A stretch of DNA of 64,000 bases, taken from IMG/VR virus record IMGVR_UViG_3300028738_000008; one strand, 5' to 3'. The first letter of the stretch is position 1, and every line of letters begins with the position of its first letter. The notes beneath the pieces are model-generated. The model was not told the DNA's origin. It saw nothing but the letters and a program-made list of their open reading frames with translations, and did not search any database. Of this stretch, positions 1 to 9,897 are shown piece after piece. The translations under genes were made by a program, and so were the position numbers. Source of the stretch: a virus (Duplodnaviria > Caudoviricetes).

Positions 1-2
1 TT

Positions 3-1499
3 TTATTGATTAATAAATGTATCCAGTATCAGCTTATTTTTTTCGTAAAATGGCATCAATTGATTGAAATAGTCTTTATTAAGATTCTTAAGCTTGTTTT
101 CGCTCTTATTTCTCGTGATAGATTCCAAATGATAAGCAACCGCATCGTTTACGGTAACATTTTTCTTATCATTTAATAGACAGGTAAAATTCAACTCAAC
201 GTCTTCAAAACATTCAATATAATTCTCATTAAACTGCCCCAGAACTGTAAACAGATTTTTGTTTATCATCAAAAATGCGCCTGTATTACCAATGGAATTG
301 TAGTTGACGTGTATCGAATAATCGTTGGTCTTTTTCAAGTCAACATGCGATAAATGTAATTTGTTGTCTGTAATATGCGCCTCAATTCCACAGTGCTGTA
401 CCGAAGAATTTTCGTAATGTAGTCTTATACCAATTGTGCCTATATTAAGCCTATCGCTTCTGTATATCTCAACACATCGGCTTAAAGCATCATTCATCAA
501 CTCAATATCGTCATTACAAAAAAGAACTATTTCAGTATCAGCATTAACGTGGTTATTAACCACATCATTGTTGATTTTTGCAAAGTTATAATAATCGTAT
601 TTAACAACGCTAACTTTATCTGATAATAGTTGATCATATTTAGCTAAAACATCTGAATCGCTACCTGTATCGGCAATGATAATATTATAGTTTTTATATT
701 TAACATATTCATTCCAAGATGTTATATTATCTAACAATATATCGAAATTGTTTTTTGTTGGTATGATTACCGTTACCTTTGGGTCGTTTCCTTTTGGAAC
801 GATCTTAATTTCGTCGCAAATAGGCGGAATCGACATTGGCAAGTATTCCTTATATTTCTCGACGAATAACTGTCTATTACGTTCCCAATCGGGACTTGTC
901 TGTCCGACTGATTTATGCAGTATTCTGATCGTCGTGATAACACCAATATTAACGCCGTCCAAATAATTGTCCAAACTAAATGAAATATCATAAAAATGAA
1001 AGCCATCAAATTCTTCATTGAAGTTCGACACTAAATCAGGGTCTGCCGCCATAAATACGCCATCAACAATTACAACTTCCTTAATGTCTTTAATTGGTGC
1101 TGAAAAATTACTAACCCATGTATTAATATCGTCAGTGTGTTCGACGATACCAAACATCGTATTTTTCGCTTCCCACCATATTGCGGACTCTGAAATACTG
1201 GTTGTGCCAGCTAATCCAATTATACCATAATTATGACTGTTGAATTTGGCAAGCAATATTCTACCCCAATTCATTGTTTTGAAAATGATATCATTATGTA
1301 TAAAACAAAATATGGCATTAGTAGAATTGGTCTCAGCTAATGCCCTATTATATAGTGACGTTAATGAATATTCATTGTTATTCTCATAACAAATTATTTC
1401 ACATTTTGCACCTATAGTACTTCGTATATGTAGGTCAAATGCCTTATTATCAATGTCACTATTTTGTGACGAATACACTACTATAATTCTATTTTTCAT
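3..1499 (-). CDS. Glycosyltransferase with two tandem GT-A (family 2-like) domains
   Basis: N-half CFIHNDIIF...GIIGLAG...FHFYD; C-half VTVIIPTKN, IIIADTGSD, NFAKINN, LFCNDDIEL, CFEDVEL motifs. Confidence 0.85.
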   Translation of the reverse strand: MKNRIIVVYSSQNSDIDNKAFDLHIRSTIGAKCEIICYENNNEYSLTSLYNRALAETNSTNAIFCFIHNDIIFKTMNWGRILLAKFNSHNYGIIGLAGTTSISESAIWWEAKNTMFGIVEHTDDINTWVSNFSAPIKDIKEVVIVDGVFMAADPDLVSNFNEEFDGFHFYDISFSLDNYLDGVNIGVITTIRILHKSVGQTSPDWERNRQLFVEKYKEYLPMSIPPICDEIKIVPKGNDPKVTVIIPTKNNFDILLDNITSWNEYVKYKNYNIIIADTGSDSDVLAKYDQLLSDKVSVVKYDYYNFAKINNDVVNNHVNADTEIVLFCNDDIELMNDALSRCVEIYRSDRLNIGTIGIRLHYENSSVQHCGIEAHITDNKLHLSHVDLKKTNDYSIHVNYNSIGNTGAFLMINKNLFTVLGQFNENYIECFEDVELNFTCLLNDKKNVTVNDAVAYHLESITRNKSENKLKNLNKDYFNQLMPFYEKNKLILDTFINQ

Positions 1500-1555
1500 A
1501 TTACAACTATTGGAAATACAAAATTAGAATAATTTATTGTAACGAACAAGTAAAT

Positions 1556-1864
1556 TTAGGCATTATTAATAATAAACTGTTCGTAATCGCTTTTAGCCTT
1601 TGCAAATGGAAATGGAATTCTGATCAATTCGCCATCTGGTATATCATATTCGCTTGCAAATAAAGGATTTGCATATAGTATGAGGAAATCGTAAAAAGGA
1701 TTGCCGTAATATTTCTGAGCAAGTTTATCGTATCTATTAATCATGGGATTCCAATATTCATACTTGTCAGTCGAATTCTTTGGCATTGTGACGAAAGGCA
1801 ACATTTCAGTCACCTCATTCACAACATTTAATAAAGCATATCTATCGTAATCTTGTCTACTCAT
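1556..1864 (-). CDS. Small baseplate protein (gp53/LysM-like tail X type)
   Basis: RYDKLAQKYYGNPFYDFLILYANP...IRIP pattern; follows the large baseplate gene. Confidence 0.6.
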   Translation of the reverse strand: MSRQDYDRYALLNVVNEVTEMLPFVTMPKNSTDKYEYWNPMINRYDKLAQKYYGNPFYDFLILYANPLFASEYDIPDGELIRIPFPFAKAKSDYEQFIINNA

Positions 1865-4800
1865 TATTTCAATTTATTATCAAGAGGTGTGTTTATTTTT
1901 GATGACGCAACTAATTGACCATTCTTGCTCGCCATAGGTTTTATACTATATTGATCATGTTCAACTTGTGACGGCTTTATGTAAATATCTTTATCGGTGA
2001 ACGTTGAATTTGCATAGTAATTCATAGATAAAGCATTTTGTAGTACATCGATAGGCCCTTTTAATGATTGACCACCAATGATTTTAATTTGTAGTGTGAC
2101 CTTACACATTAAATATTGCATACCCATTCCTTCTGGATTCATATCCCAAGGCATATCATTATAGTCAATTGTTAAATTCTCTGGAATTATTTTACTGTTA
2201 ATAAAATCACCAAGTCTTAAAATAAGAATAGGCTGTCTTCCGAATATAGAATTTCTGATATCATTACCAGATTGTGTGTGCTGCGGTTCTCCCTGTCTCA
2301 TACATTGCTGTAAGAATGTTAATCGTCTATGAAAATCTTCTGGTGTCTGAGAATGAAAGCAAGGGCTATAATAATTATCGCTAATAGTTTTTGATCCAGT
2401 TGATATTTTACCATCTGTTCTATTTTCGACAGGCTTTCTTTCAGTATACACTTTTGAATATTTGTCATCGGCAGTGCTTTTTTTATTTTGAAGAAGAACA
2501 TATCGATCTAAATCGGCTTGCAATATTGCTAAACGTCTTTTTTCGTCTGAATTTAATGTTCGTGTCTTACGTGGCTCAGTAATAGCATTCTTTATTAAAG
2601 TTACCACAACCTGTCTTTCCAATTTAGCACCAAGCTCATTAATTGTGGCTGGTGTGTTATATAGATCATCTACAATACCTTTAGCATTTAGTTTATAAGT
2701 TACTTTAGCATCTGTTCCGAATAAAGCCAACATTCTAGCATCTATAAATGCTTTGGCTGCATCGACCCTTCTCTGGCTTAATGCTTTATTATATATTAAG
2801 CCTTCTTTAGCTAAATATAAAGCCGTTGTTGTGCCTACCAAATTAATGCTATAGTATTTACGATTTTCAACATTTGAAAAATTGTTAATCAGAAACGTGT
2901 TTAAAGCACATGAGCCTGTAAAACTATACATATTATCGTATAGTTTTGTATTCATAAAGCCACCACTTTCATAATTAGGGACAATACCACTAACATCATA
3001 TATACCTGTATTAAGTCCATCACTACCATTTTCATCAGCAGTATTCATTCCTTGAAATACCTCGTAACCCTTTGTGTACATGTCTTGAAATACAGACTGA
3101 ACATTACCTGTATTTGGGTAATTATTCATAAAGGACATTGATATAGTATCCGTAGATGAAATCTCTGGTGGATACTGTATAGGAAGTTTAAAGGAATCTA
3201 TTTCGAGTTGTAACTCATTAATTTTTGCCTGATAGTCTTTTTGTATAACGGAATCTGGATTTGTGTCATTCATTCCAAATGCAAAAAATTCGGCAATTGC
3301 TTTATGCTTATCAGCACCTCTAAATTTTTTATCGTTTAGTTGCTGTGGATAATCGACCAATAATGTAAATGTGAGAGTTCCACTTCTTTCAGAACCTGTG
3401 TATGAATATATTGGTTCATTTCTACCAAGCATTTGCGTTGACACGAATTTTGAAGCAGTCGTTTCATTAAACTGAATATCATAAGGCGGAAACCACATAA
3501 GTCTGCCATAGTATGGATACGAACCTATTTCAGATTTTGGAATCCAGCTACCGTCTTCGCATAATCCGCTTTCGGGTATTACCTTATATGCCAAATTCTC
3601 CAATGAAAACATTAAATTCTTATTATTTACAGATCCGTCATCGTCATTTATTGGATGAATCTTTGGCATAACCGTTTTATAGATGGTTGAATTAGGATTT
3701 CCGTTATATTTAACATTACCATTATAACGGATAGCTTTTGCATATCGATCATATTGGTCAAGCATCGTATGCTGTCTTAAACCAGATGAAACACCTATAA
3801 TTGAATCGGATGATGATTCATATACTCCTGATCCATTAAACATAGATTTACCCTTATTATCTACAAATATTTTACGATTAATATTAATTATATCTCCATT
3901 GGCAACATTCATTAAATTTTTAGTGTAATCCAATAAGCCTGTTTGAACACCAAAGTCACCGAGATAGCCTTTAGAGGTGTTATCATCACCCCATACAATT
4001 GAAGTATTCTTATTGAAGCCATCATCAGTGTTAATCCAAGGGTTTATACCCTCATTATCAGGTATAGTCTTAATAGTGTCTCCAAAATATTCTATTTTTT
4101 CACCATATTCATGACTAACATTTTTATCCCTCTCATTATTAACTGCTTCAAGACCAGTATTAATACTTGCCTCAATAGCAGAATTTGTTTGAAAACTTGG
4201 ATACCTGTTGAAATACTTATCCGAAAAATTATATTGATTATGCTTTGCTAGCTGTGTTTTAGTATTTTCGTCTTTAGCGTTTTGAAATAATTTATCATTT
4301 ATATAAATGTTCTTATTCAAATTTTTATAAAGCAAATTAATTTGCCCTGAGCCTGTATTGGCTATATAATCGTCTAATGTTGAAGATTTACTGAACGGAC
4401 TTTCTTTAACAGAATAAGAACCTGTTAAATCATTAACAAAATTTATAAAACTAGAAGGACTTTCTTTCTTTGTAATACTATAATTGAATTTCTTGGTGAC
4501 GAATTTAGTGTCCTTATTTCCGTCAAATAAATTCATTACACTGATCTTTGGAATTTCCTTTAATACCATTAAAGAAGCATTTGCTTGAAAGTTATATGCA
4601 AGCTGTTTGCCGAGCATAGCTAGTCCTATTTCGACGATTGGAGTCTTAGTTGATATAAGTCTTCCAATTACAGTATTGGATAGGTCAAATGAGCTGTAAG
4701 GCATTAATGTGCTTACTACACTGTCTATTGAATTAACTATTTTGGTTATGCTTGAAGCATTATCTAATGGATATTGATTGTTAGGGGAATACAGACTTCT

Positions 4801-4869
4801 TGTTTGAAGTGTAGTTCTTAATTCCTCTGTTGAAGTCAATAACCTTGATTTATTTAAATCATTTTCCAT
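1864..4869 (-). CDS. Large baseplate/tail-tube-initiator-like structural protein with an internal OmpA-like motif
   Basis: GRNEPIYSYTGSERSGTLTFTLLVDYP tube-initiator-like segment; YNKALSQRRVDAAKAF resembles the OmpA C-terminal signature; late motif upstream. Confidence 0.55.
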   Translation of the reverse strand: MENDLNKSRLLTSTEELRTTLQTRSLYSPNNQYPLDNASSITKIVNSIDSVVSTLMPYSSFDLSNTVIGRLISTKTPIVEIGLAMLGKQLAYNFQANASLMVLKEIPKISVMNLFDGNKDTKFVTKKFNYSITKKESPSSFINFVNDLTGSYSVKESPFSKSSTLDDYIANTGSGQINLLYKNLNKNIYINDKLFQNAKDENTKTQLAKHNQYNFSDKYFNRYPSFQTNSAIEASINTGLEAVNNERDKNVSHEYGEKIEYFGDTIKTIPDNEGINPWINTDDGFNKNTSIVWGDDNTSKGYLGDFGVQTGLLDYTKNLMNVANGDIININRKIFVDNKGKSMFNGSGVYESSSDSIIGVSSGLRQHTMLDQYDRYAKAIRYNGNVKYNGNPNSTIYKTVMPKIHPINDDDGSVNNKNLMFSLENLAYKVIPESGLCEDGSWIPKSEIGSYPYYGRLMWFPPYDIQFNETTASKFVSTQMLGRNEPIYSYTGSERSGTLTFTLLVDYPQQLNDKKFRGADKHKAIAEFFAFGMNDTNPDSVIQKDYQAKINELQLEIDSFKLPIQYPPEISSTDTISMSFMNNYPNTGNVQSVFQDMYTKGYEVFQGMNTADENGSDGLNTGIYDVSGIVPNYESGGFMNTKLYDNMYSFTGSCALNTFLINNFSNVENRKYYSINLVGTTTALYLAKEGLIYNKALSQRRVDAAKAFIDARMLALFGTDAKVTYKLNAKGIVDDLYNTPATINELGAKLERQVVVTLIKNAITEPRKTRTLNSDEKRRLAILQADLDRYVLLQNKKSTADDKYSKVYTERKPVENRTDGKISTGSKTISDNYYSPCFHSQTPEDFHRRLTFLQQCMRQGEPQHTQSGNDIRNSIFGRQPILILRLGDFINSKIIPENLTIDYNDMPWDMNPEGMGMQYLMCKVTLQIKIIGGQSLKGPIDVLQNALSMNYYANSTFTDKDIYIKPSQVEHDQYSIKPMASKNGQLVASSKINTPLDNKLK

Positions 4870-4884
4870 TAATCATTTATTTTA

Positions 4885-4892
4885 TATAAATA
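4885..4892 (-). promoter_or_regulatory. Putative late promoter motif TATTTATA (sense)
   Basis: 15 nt upstream of start 4869; both flanking genes on the minus strand. Confidence 0.6.
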
Positions 4893-5239
4893 CTAATTGA
4901 AAATTATTTCAACCCAATTGAAATCATTGTTTCGGAGAAACAGATGATGACATAACTAACCCAACATTTAAATGTTTCTTTTTAATTTGAAAAGTTAAAA
5001 AAACAAATATTTGGAAGTTTGTTTTCACGGTTGAAAATCTGAAAAAGAGGATTTTGTTTTTTCGTTTGTCTTATCGATGAGGATAAAAATGAAAGACTCG
5101 GCAAAGTTACAAAGAATTTTTGACATTATCATCATAAATTTTTCAAATATTATATAATTATTTTCAAGCATCAATAAATAAACTTTTAAATTCACTTGCG
5201 AAGGTACTAATAATAATCTATATTAGCAAGTGAATTTAA

Positions 5240-5279
5240 AAATAAAATGCTTATAAATCTAATTATAAGCATTTTATTT
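5240..5279. terminator. 17-bp perfect inverted repeat, probable terminator of the minus-strand fibre operon
   Basis: aaataaaatgcttataa / ttataagcattttattt with 6-nt loop directly after the stop at 5282. Confidence 0.65.
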
Positions 5280-5281
5280 AT

Positions 5282-6490
5282 TTATGGACATCCATAAAAT
5301 CCTGTCGAAGTTATTCCGTCTAAAACGGTTATAGGATCAACATATGTAGTTGTTGTAACTGTATAAAATACTCCAGTAGCACCCTCAACACGATATCCCG
5401 CACCAAATACCTGAATTCCAGTATAAGGGCCTGCGTAATATGTTGAGCCATCACTACAACGATCCAATTCATACCAATAATTTATTAAATTTGTAGTTGT
5501 TAAAGGTTCACCGCAGGCTAATGTTGTGAACTTATAGCATGTGGGTGTTCCAGAAGGATTACCTAAGACATATCCAGTACTACAAGTGTATCCCTGACCA
5601 TGATCACCAATTAAAACTGGTTGACCAACCTCGTCTTTACTGCTAAATATAAGATTTGTACCCATGTCGGCATAGCTTGTACAATTCATTAAATCATGTT
5701 CAGTCATATCATAAATGTCTAATCCCACAGCAGCAGCACTAACAGTATTATGTCCAATTAGTTCAATTATATGATTACCTGCCGACATTAATACTGGATA
5801 TATATACCATAGTCTAAAACTACTTTCGCCTGCATTTGGTATAGTCCATCCATTAGCTGTAAACATCGCATAAAGAGCTGCGGTATCTTGCATTAATATA
5901 GATACGCCATCTAATTTAATTTCAGCAATATTATCGCATCCTACCCCAACATAATATGTTTTCTCAACAACTGTTGTGAAATATATTGGAAATCCAATAT
6001 ATTGATTGTCTAATGTTAATGAAGACCATACAGCGTTTGTATTCATTATACCATGAATTGTATCGCCGTTTCCGCCGCTTATAATAGGATTTATCCAAAA
6101 TGATCCGCTTGTATAATGATTGAAAGCTGTACCTGTACCATTATAATTCCATCCGCCACTAAAAACGACTGTTCCAGTTGTGCCATATCTTATGTTAGTA
6201 CTTTTAACCAAATTTCTAGGGTCTGTGGGATTAGTTGGCGCAATAGTTTCCGTCTTTTCACATCCGCCAACAACAGAAGTATAACCATCTGGACAACTTA
6301 CACATTTAGTAACATCTATGGATTTAACACATCCTTCATTATCTGTTATCAACAATGTATTTGCCATTGTTATACCTGTAAAGGCATATTGACCGTATGA
6401 GGCATGCACCTGATCAGGTGCTCCACTCCCAATTAAACTAACTGTCATTGGTAAATATCCGTCTACTAATTCGTATCTAATTATTCCCAT
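5282..6490 (-). CDS. Cys-rich virion protein with PA14-like carbohydrate-binding domain
   Basis: YYVGVGCDNIAEIKLDG...AGNHIIELIG fits the PA14 pattern; flanking CxxCPDGY and GYTCSTGY segments. Confidence 0.5.
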   Translation of the reverse strand: MGIIRYELVDGYLPMTVSLIGSGAPDQVHASYGQYAFTGITMANTLLITDNEGCVKSIDVTKCVSCPDGYTSVVGGCEKTETIAPTNPTDPRNLVKSTNIRYGTTGTVVFSGGWNYNGTGTAFNHYTSGSFWINPIISGGNGDTIHGIMNTNAVWSSLTLDNQYIGFPIYFTTVVEKTYYVGVGCDNIAEIKLDGVSILMQDTAALYAMFTANGWTIPNAGESSFRLWYIYPVLMSAGNHIIELIGHNTVSAAAVGLDIYDMTEHDLMNCTSYADMGTNLIFSSKDEVGQPVLIGDHGQGYTCSTGYVLGNPSGTPTCYKFTTLACGEPLTTTNLINYWYELDRCSDGSTYYAGPYTGIQVFGAGYRVEGATGVFYTVTTTTYVDPITVLDGITSTGFYGCP

Positions 6491-6492
6491 TT

Positions 6493-6753
6493 TTAATATG
6501 TTATTTCAAGCACATTTACAATTACATTACAAATAATTGATCCGCCGCCACTAGAAATGATCGAATTTTTTACAACCCATTGATTTAAAGCATAAGTTGC
6601 TAAAAACGAAGCATCTATATTTAAATAATCAATACAATTCTGTTTCGTCATAAATTGATTTGAAGTAGGTAATGCTATTAATTGCGTAATACCACTACCC
6701 TGTGCATTTGTAAATGATACAAATTGATTATCAGCTAAGCTTCCCCAAGTCAT
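6493..6753 (-). CDS. Small hypothetical protein in fibre operon
   Basis: Tightly packed between neighbouring genes on the same strand. Confidence 0.6.
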   Translation of the reverse strand: MTWGSLADNQFVSFTNAQGSGITQLIALPTSNQFMTKQNCIDYLNIDASFLATYALNQWVVKNSIISSGGGSIICNVIVNVLEITY

Positions 6754-6755
6754 AA

Positions 6756-8771
6756 TTATTTATTTATAATTGCTTCTAATGCTATAATTCTTAATTTTAA
6801 TGCATTAATTTCAATTTTTTCTTCCTGATGCGCTTTAAAACTCATACCCATCATAGTATATTGATTAATAGCATCATTATTTTCGCCCATTAAGAAATAT
6901 TCTCTAACACTCTCAGGCACTTCATCAATAATAAATCCTAATGTTCTATCAGTTGTAGGTCTTGATTTATAATAAAAATCCCTTAATTTAAATTGACTTA
7001 TAGCATCGCTAGCAGACCCATTCCAGTCATCATTTAAATTTTTCATTAATCTTAATGAGTTAAAGCCACCACCTGCAAATGTTCCTGAACCTGCTGTCCA
7101 TAAATCACCGTTATGTGCCAATGTCATTCTTTCAATAATTGAGCCAGCACTTCTTAAAGAAAATGAATATTTAGATGATTCAGCACCTAATGTCACATCT
7201 GAGAGCATATTAGCAATGTTACCAGAATTAATACCTAATCCAGATGTGCCTAAATAAGGCATTCTCCATTCTATAGAAAGTCCATATCCAGCGGTTACAC
7301 CTAATATGTGAGCATGATCAGAATCTATTATAATGGTTCTTTTTACACCTGTTGTGTTTAGATTTAAATTAATACCTATAAGTGGTATATTATCAGACAT
7401 ACCAGCAACACCATAACTATCTACGCCCATAGAATATGCTGAAACAGCAACTCCGCCACCTGACGTAATATTTAATGATGTCATATTACCAGTTGTAATA
7501 GATACAGGCCCTGATACGTTACCGCCAGTTAATAATAAATATAACCCAGCATGATTTCCCCATCCATAAGCTGTTTGACCATTTGCTATATTTGCATGAT
7601 TATATGTTGATGTGTGCGACGACATAATACCAGCGGCTGTTCCAGCGACTTCACCACCTAAGCCTACTAATGTATAATTTGGAACATTTAAAGCACCTGA
7701 TGACGTATTATACGTAGAAGCACCAGAGTTACCAGTTGTTGTTAAACTAATTGCCGATCTAGCAGAAGTATCCGTATATTGAGTTATAGTACAATTAATT
7801 ACACCTGTTGATGATACATAATTAATTCCAGTACCAGATGAGAAAACACCTCTTGCTAAACTAGTTGAAAAATATTTATTAACGCCTTCTGGTATATTAT
7901 CAGTTGTTAGTGAAACTGCACCCATAAAACCATTAACAGAAGCAACTGCATCAGTATTATCAACTTTTCTCCAAGATGCTCCGTCAAAAATTACCCAGTC
8001 GCTTATTTTCCAATCGAATATACCATCTAAATTTGTTACGCCTGATGCTGAAACAATATAATAATATCCTTTAGTACCAACACCGCTAGCTAAAGTAGGT
8101 GAATTCGTATTAGCATTCCAAGTACCTTGAAACGAAACTCCTCCAAGTAAAGCCGTTAATTGATTCTGAACTTTACCGAATGCCGATAAAATTGAATCTG
8201 ATGATGATATTGATCCGCCGCCAACAGTGTTTAATCCTGTTAAGTATTTACCTATTACTGCTGAATTATCTAATGTAACTGATATTGAGGTTGCGCCAGT
8301 TCCAGTCGCTTCACCAGATAATGATATTGATTGATTACCAGTTAAATAAGTTGCTGTATCAATTGTCCATGTGTCAGTTGCCGTCTTTTTTAAAAAACCT
8401 GCTGTTCCTGTTGATGATGCTACTAATATAGATGTTAATCCTGTTGTAATATCTTGTTTTAGACTTAAACCATATCTTAACAGATTAACTGTCGGATATT
8501 TTATTGTGGATGTGTCGATTGTGGCATTTTCCTTGTTAGAGACATTTTCAGGAACATATCCTAAACCTCCTATTTCAATCCATGCTGATCTTGCAGCATT
8601 TAATGTATATATTCTTGATTCTGTTTCGGTACACGCCACTATTTGACCAGCATATCTTAACGGATTTGTTAAATATGTAGTTAATGCACTTGCAGTGTCA
8701 AATACAGAATCTGGATCAAGAGAATCTGAGTACTGTCTTTTAAATTGTAATGGAAATATTAATTCTGCCAT
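6756..8771 (-). CDS. Tail fibre protein with C-terminal intramolecular chaperone (peptidase S74-like)
   Basis: Gly/Thr/Ser-rich body; C-terminal NSLRLMKN...YYK...LGFIIDEV...coiled coil. Confidence 0.75.
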   Translation of the reverse strand: MAELIFPLQFKRQYSDSLDPDSVFDTASALTTYLTNPLRYAGQIVACTETESRIYTLNAARSAWIEIGGLGYVPENVSNKENATIDTSTIKYPTVNLLRYGLSLKQDITTGLTSILVASSTGTAGFLKKTATDTWTIDTATYLTGNQSISLSGEATGTGATSISVTLDNSAVIGKYLTGLNTVGGGSISSSDSILSAFGKVQNQLTALLGGVSFQGTWNANTNSPTLASGVGTKGYYYIVSASGVTNLDGIFDWKISDWVIFDGASWRKVDNTDAVASVNGFMGAVSLTTDNIPEGVNKYFSTSLARGVFSSGTGINYVSSTGVINCTITQYTDTSARSAISLTTTGNSGASTYNTSSGALNVPNYTLVGLGGEVAGTAAGIMSSHTSTYNHANIANGQTAYGWGNHAGLYLLLTGGNVSGPVSITTGNMTSLNITSGGGVAVSAYSMGVDSYGVAGMSDNIPLIGINLNLNTTGVKRTIIIDSDHAHILGVTAGYGLSIEWRMPYLGTSGLGINSGNIANMLSDVTLGAESSKYSFSLRSAGSIIERMTLAHNGDLWTAGSGTFAGGGFNSLRLMKNLNDDWNGSASDAISQFKLRDFYYKSRPTTDRTLGFIIDEVPESVREYFLMGENNDAINQYTMMGMSFKAHQEEKIEINALKLRIIALEAIINK

Positions 8772-8775
8772 AATT

Positions 8776-9864
8776 TTATATTGTTACGTTATATGTTGCC
8801 GTAGCTGAAAATGGAACTGCTGGCGTATACATGTATAATTTATAATTTGTTGTTGCATAGCCTTCAGCACCTTCAACAGCTATATCCGCTAATTTTGTAA
8901 AAATTCCCTTTACCTCTGCATTAAGACCTTCAACATATTTAACACTTGTAACATCAGTTAATGTATTTTTATATGCAAAGACAACATTTGTTGCGCCAAT
9001 AGGAATATTTATAGTAAATGTTGTCGTACTGAAACTGCTTGTTAATGATCTGATTGCAGCACTTGTGTTAGCTGGACTCGATACGCCGTAGAATGTTTTT
9101 CTTCTCCCAACTATTGTCGTTGATTTTGAATCTGTTCCAGCTGGGTATGGTACATCTGGAATATTATCATGATTTGGGTCAGAAGGCTGTCCATATGAAT
9201 CTAAAGGTTGTGCGCCAATATCATATGTAACAGAAGCATTAAAATTGTTCGATCCGTCATCTATAAGTCTAGCTGTTCTAGTTAAAGTATTTGCTGTTCC
9301 GTTTGCTGTTCCGTCAATAGTATATAGTATTGCAGCACCGCCTCTAGGATTTTGTGATAATGATGGATTCCAAATGCCTCCAGATAAGTTTCCGTTGATA
9401 GTGCCTCTATTATATGTATATATTAATACGGTATCCAAATGTGTGCCAGACTCAACATTATTACCATTATAATTAGACGTAAATGAAAATGTTGGGTCTG
9501 AGTATGTTGGGTAAAATGTTGTTACAAGTAATTTCTTAACAAATTGTGTTAAACTTGTTCCGCCACTAATTAATCTTTGTGCCCATATTCCACCGACCTC
9601 AATATTTGCCGTAACATCTTCGGTTAACAGGGGTAATTCATCTGGAGTTAAAGCTACTATTTTTATAGCCCCATCCTGATATTTTAAAGTATCACCGTTA
9701 GTCCCACCTGTTAATATTATTGGAATATCCACACCGTCGCCATGTGTTATAGATACACCGCCGACTTTATCAAAATGAGTTGATCCTGATAGTCTTAAGT
9801 CATCATTGGTATCTTGTCTAAATTGTATATCTGATAATATTGGTCTCGAATTAAAATTTGTCAT
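8776..9864 (-). CDS. Virion structural protein (fibre-associated)
   Basis: Thr/Gly-rich beta composition; first gene of fibre operon; late motif at 9878. Confidence 0.55.
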   Translation of the reverse strand: MTNFNSRPILSDIQFRQDTNDDLRLSGSTHFDKVGGVSITHGDGVDIPIILTGGTNGDTLKYQDGAIKIVALTPDELPLLTEDVTANIEVGGIWAQRLISGGTSLTQFVKKLLVTTFYPTYSDPTFSFTSNYNGNNVESGTHLDTVLIYTYNRGTINGNLSGGIWNPSLSQNPRGGAAILYTIDGTANGTANTLTRTARLIDDGSNNFNASVTYDIGAQPLDSYGQPSDPNHDNIPDVPYPAGTDSKSTTIVGRRKTFYGVSSPANTSAAIRSLTSSFSTTTFTINIPIGATNVVFAYKNTLTDVTSVKYVEGLNAEVKGIFTKLADIAVEGAEGYATTNYKLYMYTPAVPFSATATYNVTI

Positions 9865-9877
9865 GTTACGTTTATTA

Positions 9878-9885
9878 TATAAATA
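9878..9885 (-). promoter_or_regulatory. Putative late promoter motif TATTTATA (sense)
   Basis: 13 nt upstream of start 9864. Confidence 0.6.
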
Positions 9886-9897
9886 CTTTTATTAATA

